DNA of 47,473 bases from a virus: IMG/VR virus record IMGVR_UViG_3300003660_000011. One strand, written 5' to 3'. The translations under genes were made by a program, and so were the position numbers. The notes beneath the pieces were generated by a model, which saw only the letters and a program-made list of their open reading frames with translations, was not told where the DNA came from and ran no database searches. Positions 41,513 through 47,473 of the stretch are shown here, one piece after another (position 1 is the stretch's first letter; each line of letters opens with the position of its first letter).

Positions 41513-43675
41513 TCAGTCAACGCTCTTCGTGTAGTACCAGTGGCTGCTGACCTCGGCCGCGATCGGGCAACCCGCTGCCCAGCCTCGTTCTTTTGTCATC
41601 GTACGATGCAGAAACGCCTTGGCTTCCGCGACCCGGTCGGTGTAGGCCAGCCCGATCGTCTCGTCGTGCGTATGCCCGCACGGCTGGAAGAGCTCGTGAT
41701 CCCCATCCTCGAGGTCAACGAGCGTCGCGCGCAGCATCGAGGCGGCGGCCGCCTGCGTGATGTTCTCAGCCAGGATGCCGTACCACAGACCCTTTCGACC
41801 GAAGGCCCCGGCGAAGGTGTACTGCAAGGTCTGGATTTCCGTACCGTCGGGCAACGTCTTGTTGCGCAGTTCGAGCTTGACGTTCCGGTAGCAGAGCGAC
41901 CGACCGTCGGGCAGGATGCACAGGACTGTGACCTTGCCGAGGTAGTCGGCGACACCGAGGTAGACGACCCGACCGACGGGGTACGGCGTGCCCGGGTTCT
42001 CGTAGGCGGCCTGGAACGCAGCCCAGAGCGCATCCCAGAAGACGCGCGCCCACGGGTTGGCCTGCCGCCAGCCGTCGACGATGACCTTGGCTTCGTCTTC
42101 GGGGAAGCTCATAGCGTAGGCGGCCGCCATGTTCAGGAGCGCGCCGACACCGCCACCGAAGCCCAGGGCGAGCTCTGCGATCTTCCCCTTCTGCCGTGAC
42201 TTCTTCGCGATCGGGTCCTTGTCCTTGTAGCGTGCCCAGAGATCATCGAGGTCGATCTGGTCGATCACGGCAGCGGCGCGGCAGTACGTGTCCGGCACAC
42301 CTTCTGGATCGAGGTCAGTCAGCCGGAAGACCTCGAGCTTCGCCATCGCGCTGCGGCTCTCCGGGCCGGCCAGCCACGGCAGCTTGCGCGCTTCGATGTT
42401 CGACCAGTCGCCCCAGACTACCTCACTCCCTTCGGGTGCGGTGATCGTCGGTCTGACCAGGCGCGACAGGACCTTGCCGGCCTTGCCGTGCTTCGCTTCG
42501 AAGTGTCGGAGCCACTCGTCGAGATGCCCGGGCGGAGCGCCGATGATCTCGGCGATCGCCTCGTCTTCGGTCTCGATTGTGTCGCGCGACAAGTTGTGAA
42601 CCTGGACCCCGCGCGAGCTGAAGCGCCCGGTCTGCTGCGCGCCGTTGAAGACGTACTGGCTGGGCAGGAAAGCCCAGCCGTCTTCCTCGATTGCCATCTC
42701 GACCGCCTTGCCGAACTTTGCCGGGGTCGCCGAGGCGCCAAACTCGCGCTCCTCGAGGAGCTGCTGGACCTGGAACTCCTCGTCGGTCAGACCTTCTTCC
42801 TCGTCGACCCGCTTCAGCTCCGCGAGCATCCGCACGATCCGGTTACGGTCGAGACCGAACTGGGCCGGGATCAACTCGCCGCCCTCGGCGTCCTCGTCAT
42901 AGCGCTTGACCATGACATCGCGCACCGACGGCAGCGCGCGCAGCTTGTCCCAGCACCAGATCGGCTGGGCCTGGTATTGCTTCACCGAGTAGAGCTCGCC
43001 GTTGGTAATCTCGACGACCCGATCGTTCGTGCGCACGGCGTAGGTCTCTGCGACGCGGGCCGCCTGCCGGGCGAAGGTGATGTCGATCGGCAAGCCCCGA
43101 TCGTTGATCTTTTCGGCCGCCCAGAACTCCTGCCACTGCCAGTCGGGCAACGGCAGCGTTGCCTGCCAGACCGCGCGCAGGGCGTCGATGTCGACCTTGG
43201 CGTAGTCGAGGAAGGCCGCCCACTCGACCGGGTGGCTCTGGGGCGTCTCGGGCCGCGACGCGTCGCAGAACATCTTGATCAGCGCCTTGCCGTCGTCGTT
43301 CTTCCCCTTGTGCCCGACCGCCTGGGAAGCCCCGTCGAGCGAGCGTGGAAGGTTTGCGGCGGCGGCCTGCACCGCGGCGTCGAGGAAATCCTCAACCTCG
43401 AGCGGGCAATTCCTGATCCCGTGCAGCATCGTTTGCCGATCGAAGGCGGAGTTGAAGGCGACGAACTTGCCCTTGTGCTTGCGCAGCTCGGGGGGTGCCT
43501 TCTTCCAGTCGAGCGTCTCGTCGAAGCTCTTGACCGACCACGCGTGGATCGGCCCATCGTCGAGCGCGTAGGTCACAATGATGACCTTCGCCGAGCGCGC
43601 GTAGCGCCCGGTCGAGGTCTCCGTCACGTCGAGAAGTGAACGCGTCTCGTCGTCGATGAAGCAGATGTCAGCCAT
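41513..43675 (-). CDS. Family A DNA polymerase with 3'-5' exonuclease domain
   Basis: Exo motifs FIDDETRS, FNSAFDRQ and YAKVDIDAL. Pol motifs A GDWSNIEARKL, B RQKGKIAELALGFGGG and C GHTHDE. 720 aa. Confidence 0.9.
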   Translation of the reverse strand: MADICFIDDETRSLLDVTETSTGRYARSAKVIIVTYALDDGPIHAWSVKSFDETLDWKKAPPELRKHKGKFVAFNSAFDRQTMLHGIRNCPLEVEDFLDAAVQAAAANLPRSLDGASQAVGHKGKNDDGKALIKMFCDASRPETPQSHPVEWAAFLDYAKVDIDALRAVWQATLPLPDWQWQEFWAAEKINDRGLPIDITFARQAARVAETYAVRTNDRVVEITNGELYSVKQYQAQPIWCWDKLRALPSVRDVMVKRYDEDAEGGELIPAQFGLDRNRIVRMLAELKRVDEEEGLTDEEFQVQQLLEEREFGASATPAKFGKAVEMAIEEDGWAFLPSQYVFNGAQQTGRFSSRGVQVHNLSRDTIETEDEAIAEIIGAPPGHLDEWLRHFEAKHGKAGKVLSRLVRPTITAPEGSEVVWGDWSNIEARKLPWLAGPESRSAMAKLEVFRLTDLDPEGVPDTYCRAAAVIDQIDLDDLWARYKDKDPIAKKSRQKGKIAELALGFGGGVGALLNMAAAYAMSFPEDEAKVIVDGWRQANPWARVFWDALWAAFQAAYENPGTPYPVGRVVYLGVADYLGKVTVLCILPDGRSLCYRNVKLELRNKTLPDGTEIQTLQYTFAGAFGRKGLWYGILAENITQAAAASMLRATLVDLEDGDHELFQPCGHTHDETIGLAYTDRVAEAKAFLHRTMTKERGWAAGCPIAAEVSSHWYYTKSVD

Positions 43676-43701
43676 AGGGGTCTCCAGCTATTAGTCTGTC
43701 T

Positions 43702-43727
43702 GCGGCCCCGAGTTTCCTCGGGGCCGC
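43702..43727 (-). promoter_or_regulatory. 11-bp GC hairpin in the 59-nt gap upstream of the polymerase gene
   Basis: GCGGCCCCGAG, loop TTTC, CTCGGGGCCGC. No U tract on the transcribed (minus) strand. Confidence 0.4.
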
Positions 43728-43734
43728 GGGTTGG

Positions 43735-44490
43735 TCAGCCGCGACGCCGACGTGTCACAGGCGACGGACCCCCGACAGCCACCTGTTCGCTGGCGGCAGC
43801 GCCAACCTCTTCCTTGGTGACCGGCTGCTCTGCGGCAGCTTCGATCGCAAGACCTTCCATCCGGCCGTCCTTGTTCGCCCAGCCGACGATGTCGAACACG
43901 GGCTTGTAAGTCTTGCCGTAGGTCTTGTGAGTGTAGTGGGTATTCGTGAGCTTGACAACCGGGTAGATCGCCAGCTCCGTCTTCCCGGCGGCCAGGTCCG
44001 CCTGCAGCTTCTGCATGACCGCTGCCGCGACCGCTGCATAGGCATCCTCGCCACCACCGCTCGAGCTCTCGAACACCGCGGCCTTGCCCGCCAGCGGGTC
44101 GTTGATGAAGCGGCCGCGGAACCCGACCTGCTTCTTCCACGGCCAGCCATGATCCGGGAGGGTGTCGTAGTCGACCTCCCCCTGCGAGATCAGCAGCATC
44201 TTGGCCCCGAGTTTCTCGTTCTTCTTCTTCTTGAGGAGTTCCTCCTTCGAGTAGTCCGTCCAGCAGACGTACCCTGTCGCGAGGGTCTCGACGTCGATCA
44301 GGAACCGATCGTCCTCGGTGATCTCCTCGTTCTCCTTCCCGAACGACCAGAGGCCGTCCTTACCAAAGGAGAAGTAGGCGCCTTCGCCGCGCACCGGAGT
44401 GCTCTCAACGGTCTTGCGGAGACCCGCGACGAGACCGGGGTTGATGCCTGCCAGGGCGCGGGATTGGGCTTCAGTAAGTGCAGTCGACAT
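43735..44490 (-). CDS. Hypothetical protein in the position usually held by an SSB/annealing protein (251 aa)
   Basis: Lies between the Cas4-like exonuclease and the polymerase. AAGGAAA RBS. No motif recognised, so the function is a guess from synteny. Confidence 0.35.
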   Translation of the reverse strand: MSTALTEAQSRALAGINPGLVAGLRKTVESTPVRGEGAYFSFGKDGLWSFGKENEEITEDDRFLIDVETLATGYVCWTDYSKEELLKKKKNEKLGAKMLLISQGEVDYDTLPDHGWPWKKQVGFRGRFINDPLAGKAAVFESSSGGGEDAYAAVAAAVMQKLQADLAAGKTELAIYPVVKLTNTHYTHKTYGKTYKPVFDIVGWANKDGRMEGLAIEAAAEQPVTKEEVGAAASEQVAVGGPSPVTRRRRG

Positions 44491-44512
44491 GTGCGTGTTT
44501 CCTTGTTCGTTT

Positions 44513-45790
44513 TCAGGTTTGCGGTTCAGTGTCCCCGGCGACGGACTTCAGATGCGCGACGAGTTCGGCGCCCAGGGCGACGGCCTCTTCGCTCGTACGA
44601 CGCGCGGCCGGGCGCGGGTCGTCTTCTCGGGTGAGCGTGGTGCCCGAACTGGGCTTCTGCTCGTAGAGCGCGGGGTCGATCTCGACCTTGCGCTTCTTTG
44701 CGGCGGCCAGTGCCTGCGTCGGGGTAACCAGCTTGCGCGTGACCACCTCCTCCTCGGGCAGACCTTTCTCCATCAGCCGGGCCTCGACGATCTCCTCGTC
44801 CTCGACCCACTGTTTGCCGCTGGACTTCTTGGCGACCAGCTTCCAGCCGGGGACCTTGACCCCGTTCTCGAGGGTCGACTGCAGAGTGCCGGCGATGACT
44901 TTCGCCCAGTCCTCGGCCATCTCCGCCAGCTCCATCGCCTGGGCGAGGTAGCCGGCCAGGTCGAAGTCCGGGGCCGTCGGCTGGCCGGGCTTCGGCATCG
45001 CCGCCATCATCGCCCCCAGCTCGGCGGCCGCGCCGCCATGCAGCGGGCAGACCGCCTTGCAGCGTGCGAAGGTGCACCAGGGCCCCGCATTGATCCGCGC
45101 CTTGACACCTAGCTTGATTTCACCCAGCGCGGCATGGACCCGGCGGTTGAACTCGCCGAGGTCGGCCTCGGTCAGCTCCCATGTCGAAGGCTTCGGCGCG
45201 GTCTGCGGTTGACAGATGGCGACCATCCACGACTGCACGCCCTTGAAGAACTCGGGGAACTTCCCGATCGCCGCATAGAGGTAGAACATCAGCTGGCTGT
45301 TCTCGGCCGCCGAGACGTGCTTGCGGCCGAACTTCCAGTCCCAGATGCCGCCCCACAGACCGCAACGCCAGATCAGGTCCGACGTCCCGCTGGCGCCCTC
45401 GACGCCCGGGTAGTCGCACGACTGCTCGATGTACATCTGGAACGGCTCGCCGGTCAGGTCTTCCATCTGGTCGATGAACTCGTCAAGCGCGGCCAGCGCC
45501 ACGGCGCCGAGCTCCTCCCAGTCGTCGTGCGTTACGGTGTAGGACCAGGTCGAGCCGTCGTCCTCCTCCTGCGTATACTCGAACGGCAGCAGGTCTTCGG
45601 GTTCCTGGCCCTGACCCAGGATGCGGGCCATCATCTCGTGCAGCGCGGTGCCCTGGCGGGCGTACACCGACCCCTTGTCTTTGGGAACCATCTGCTCGAG
45701 GGTGTAACTGCGGGGGCAGTGAATGCGTCGATCTGCGATCGAGCCACCAAGCAGCGTGCTGTGGCTCATGGCCTGGGTGACGTCGTTCAT
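44513..45790 (-). CDS. PD-(D/E)xK exonuclease of the Cas4/RecB-like (DUF2800-type) family
   Basis: N-terminal RRIHCPRSY and YARQGTALHE. GTSDLIW...WDWKFG...ENSQLMFY (D...D/ExK...QxxxY). C-terminal Cys cluster CTFARCKAVCP. Confidence 0.7.
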   Translation of the reverse strand: MNDVTQAMSHSTLLGGSIADRRIHCPRSYTLEQMVPKDKGSVYARQGTALHEMMARILGQGQEPEDLLPFEYTQEEDDGSTWSYTVTHDDWEELGAVALAALDEFIDQMEDLTGEPFQMYIEQSCDYPGVEGASGTSDLIWRCGLWGGIWDWKFGRKHVSAAENSQLMFYLYAAIGKFPEFFKGVQSWMVAICQPQTAPKPSTWELTEADLGEFNRRVHAALGEIKLGVKARINAGPWCTFARCKAVCPLHGGAAAELGAMMAAMPKPGQPTAPDFDLAGYLAQAMELAEMAEDWAKVIAGTLQSTLENGVKVPGWKLVAKKSSGKQWVEDEEIVEARLMEKGLPEEEVVTRKLVTPTQALAAAKKRKVEIDPALYEQKPSSGTTLTREDDPRPAARRTSEEAVALGAELVAHLKSVAGDTEPQT

Positions 45791-46362
45791 GCGGGGTCTC
45801 CTGGTAGCGGGATCGGGATGAAATCATACGCGGCACTGGTGCCGATAGTCAAGCGGGAAGCGATGTCGATCGCTTCGGCGAGCGGGGCGCCTGCCGCGAC
45901 CGCCCCCTTGGCGACATCCGCCCCAGAACCCCAGCTTTCGAACGGTAACGGGAAGTGCGTCACCGTGCGAAGGTCGGTAACCGAGAACAAGTGTGGCCCC
46001 GACGAGAATGTCAGAACCGCGTAGGGTCGACGCCTGTCGATCAGGACGGTGTCGTAACCGTCGTACCGGTCGCCCGCCTCACGCAGTTCCTTGTTCAGCG
46101 CGGCGAGATCGCCGAGGAGTGGCTGCAACGCGCGGCGGATCGCGAAGTCTCCTGCGTAGGTGTCGAGCGCGACGTCTTCTCCGACCAGGTAGTCCTCAAG
46201 CATCAGGACGACGTCGATGGCCGGGGCTATCGTCCCGCAGACAGCGGAGACGTAGGGGCCGAAGGCGTGCAGCTTGCTTCGCGGGGGCATGATGTCGTCG
46301 CCCGCGGTGACCATGCGGTCGGCCGCAATCCCGACCCCCGCTTGATAGATGATCGTTGTCAT
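45787..46362 (-). CDS. Ntn-hydrolase of the proteasome beta-subunit/HslV type
   Basis: MTTIIYQAGVGIAADRMVT...PRSKLHAF...ESWGSGADVAKGA. After Met removal this gives an N-terminal Thr, Asp at about 14, Lys at about 29 and a GSG motif, as in HslV (TTIV...AGDGQ...KKV...GSG). Confidence 0.5.
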   Translation of the reverse strand: MTTIIYQAGVGIAADRMVTAGDDIMPPRSKLHAFGPYVSAVCGTIAPAIDVVLMLEDYLVGEDVALDTYAGDFAIRRALQPLLGDLAALNKELREAGDRYDGYDTVLIDRRRPYAVLTFSSGPHLFSVTDLRTVTHFPLPFESWGSGADVAKGAVAAGAPLAEAIDIASRLTIGTSAAYDFIPIPLPGDPA

Positions 46363-46547
46363 GTCGGGGTCCCTTCGATGAAGCCCGGGGGTTCCGCGAT
46401 CTGCCTGCGCAGAACGCGATCAATGATGTCGGCCGCGACGGTCTCCGGCGGAAACGCGTCGCGGCCTTCACGCTGGGAGACGATCAGCGCAGTGATCTCG
46501 CTGACCGCCAGGGCCTGCTTGGCAGGCGGAAGGGAGTAGAGCGGCAT
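46359..46547 (-). CDS. Hypothetical protein (62 aa)
   Basis: TGATG coupling upstream and ATGA coupling downstream. No motif recognised. Confidence 0.5.
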   Translation of the reverse strand: MPLYSLPPAKQALAVSEITALIVSQREGRDAFPPETVAADIIDRVLRRQIAEPPGFIEGTPT

Positions 46548-46762
46548 CAACGGTTGGCCGATGCCTCGCGCGCCTCATCGGCCCGCATCTTCTCCTTGGC
46601 CTTCACCTCGGCGAGGCTCGCCGGCGTCAGCTCGGGCAGAAGCACCTCCTCGACGACCTTGGCGATCGTGATGGACATGTCGGTGCCCGTCTGCAAGGCG
46701 TGCATCGCGGTGATGTCGCGGATGCGCGGGTCGACATTGAGCTTGAACTGGACCTTCGACAT
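46547..46762 (-). CDS. Ribbon-helix-helix (Arc/CopG-like) DNA-binding protein candidate
   Basis: The N-terminal beta-strand-like KVQFKLNVDPRIRD is followed by two short helices (ITAMHALQTG, MSITIAKVVEEVL). 71 aa. Confidence 0.4.
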   Translation of the reverse strand: MSKVQFKLNVDPRIRDITAMHALQTGTDMSITIAKVVEEVLLPELTPASLAEVKAKEKMRADEAREASANR

Positions 46763-47217
46763 CAGCGCACCTCCCTCGTCTCGCCCATACCCAGGTCAGC
46801 AGGTGTTACAACAACCGCGACCTTTACGCCCCCGCCTTCAGCCAGCAGGTCGCGCAAAACGATCGCCTGCTCTTCGCCGATATAGCGCTCCATGTAGCGA
46901 ACCACAACGTCGATCAGGTTCGTACGGAAGGTCATATGCCACGGCGCCGCGACCAGCTCGCCATCGGTATCAGCGGCGGGACGCTCGGCCACGCTGTCGC
47001 CACGGGCACGGGCGCGGTCCTGGCGGCACGTCGGGCAATCGCACGCGGCGGAGTTAGAGAGGAACTGGGCCAGCGCAGGCTCGGGCATGGTGCCAAAGCC
47101 GAGCGGGTTTCCGGCCTCGTCAACATAGACCATCAGTTGGCCTTCGTCGTCACGACCGATTTCCAATGCAGCGTCGGGCGGAACATCCAGTTCGACGCCG
47201 TTGATCACGATTTTCAT
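46762..47217 (-). CDS. Hypothetical protein (151 aa) with a CDCPTC motif
   Basis: AAGGAGA RBS. First gene of the tightly coupled leftward operon. No family recognised. Confidence 0.55.
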   Translation of the reverse strand: MKIVINGVELDVPPDAALEIGRDDEGQLMVYVDEAGNPLGFGTMPEPALAQFLSNSAACDCPTCRQDRARARGDSVAERPAADTDGELVAAPWHMTFRTNLIDVVVRYMERYIGEEQAIVLRDLLAEGGGVKVAVVVTPADLGMGETREVR

Positions 47218-47248
47218 GGGGTCTCCTTCAGAGCGTGTTCGGGGTTAA

Positions 47249-47282
47249 GGCCGCGCCTACGAGGCGCGGCCCGTTTTTTATT
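47249..47282 (+). terminator. Terminator-like hairpin whose T tract lies on the plus strand
   Basis: GGCCGCGCC, loop TACGA, GGCGCGGCC, then CGTTTTTTATT on the plus strand. On the minus strand the hairpin is followed only by TTAACCCC. Confidence 0.5.
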
Positions 47283-47291
47283 CGTCCCAGG

Positions 47292-47473
47292 TCAGCCCTG
47301 GTCGTCGTCGTCGTGATCCTCGTCTTCAGTGTCAACGGGGTCAACGGGGTCGATCGGGTCGACGGGGTCGATCGGGTCGACGGGGTCGATCGGGTCGACG
47401 GGGTCGATCGGGTCAACGGGGTCGATCGGGTCAACGGGGTCGATCGGGTCAACGGGGTCGATCGGGTCAACGG
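47292..47473 (-). CDS. 3' portion of the secreted (PVDPID)n repeat protein; ends ...PVDPVDTEDEDHDDDDQG-stop
   Basis: The frame read from position 1 continues as CCC GTT GAC CCG ATC GAC... to TGA (complement of 47292-47294). There is no internal start, so the ORF track does not list it. Confidence 0.6.
   Translation of the reverse strand, partial: VDPIDPVDPIDPVDPIDPVDPIDPVDPIDPVDPIDPVDPIDPVDPVDTEDEDHDDDDQG
47331..47473. repeat. Tandem 18-nt repeat at the right window edge (7 full units plus partial units; three units carry GTCGAC instead of GTCAAC)
   Basis: Units at 47339-47356, 47357-47374, 47375-47392, 47393-47410, 47411-47428, 47429-47446 and 47447-47464, with a partial unit at 47465-47473. 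Confidence 0.95.

Noticed and set aside
40471-43675. Z-genome (2-aminoadenine) biosynthesis cluster
   Set aside because: PolA, HD and MazG-like genes are adjacent as in Z-genome phages. However, no PurZ/adenylosuccinate-synthetase-like ORF (GDxGKG P-loop, 340-450 aa) occurs in any frame of the window. The HD and MazG-like families are also common in phages with canonical DNA.
47228-47470. 80-aa minus-strand ORF from the track (MTRSTPLTRSTPL...)
   Set aside because: It is the wrong reading frame of the 18-nt repeat. The PVDPID frame is the one that connects, across the window junction, to an ATG with an RBS and a signal peptide at 298, and it ends in a sensible acidic tail at 47292.
1-47473. 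Temperate lifestyle or prophage features (integrase, CI/Cro switch, att site)
   Set aside because: No tyrosine or serine recombinase motifs, no CI-like repressor and no att-like repeats were found. The only repeats at the edges are the coding tandem repeat. The genome looks virulent or at least non-integrative. Absence of evidence from motif reading is not proof.

Overview
The window reads as a complete GC-rich (roughly two-thirds G+C by eye) podovirus-type phage genome of about 47.4 kb. It has been opened arbitrarily inside a tandem repeat: nt 1-63 are identical to nt 47411-47473.

Rightward arm (350-40378):
- Replication and early genes: VRR-NUC nuclease, SNF2-type helicase, small early genes, a MazG-like NTP-PPase and a prim-pol/D5-type primase-helicase.
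- An A+T island flanked by TGACCC iterons, which I read as the probable origin, followed by more small genes and a SprT-like protease.
- A strong terminator, then the late genes: TerS/TerL, portal, a BPP-1-like head module (small protein, scaffold, capsid, cement), then a T7-like order of tail-tube and internal-virion genes.
- The internal-virion set includes a transglycosylase protein and a 3,837-codon polyvalent ejection-protein ORF. Tail fibre, lysis cassette and accessory genes follow.

Leftward arm (298, through the window junction, to 40404):
- A junction-spanning secreted (PVDPID)n repeat protein and an RHH-like protein.
- A proteasome/HslV-like Ntn hydrolase, a Cas4/RecB-like exonuclease and family A DNA polymerase.
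- An HD hydrolase, a second MazG-like (dATP/dGTP diphosphohydrolase-type) protein and a tiny hydrophobic ORF.

I found no integrase, repressor, phage RNA polymerase, tRNA, rRNA, CRISPR array or reverse transcriptase.

Most noteworthy observations:
1. A ~200-nt stretch inside the giant ORF where the coding signal (third-position G+C, amino-acid plausibility, RBS+ATG, stop) sits in the +1 frame.
2. The iteron/A+T island next to the primase-helicase gene.
3. A Trp-rich hydrophobic mini-ORF with an in-frame TGA that ends inside a terminator just before the primase gene.
4. The split repeat-protein gene at the window junction.
5. An ART-like module and an HExxH motif in the giant protein.
6. An Ntn-hydrolase and a PolA-HD-MazG-like trio in the replication operon.

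Limits: all functional calls rest on motifs I recognise by eye plus gene order. No database search was possible, and every count quoted is a hand count.
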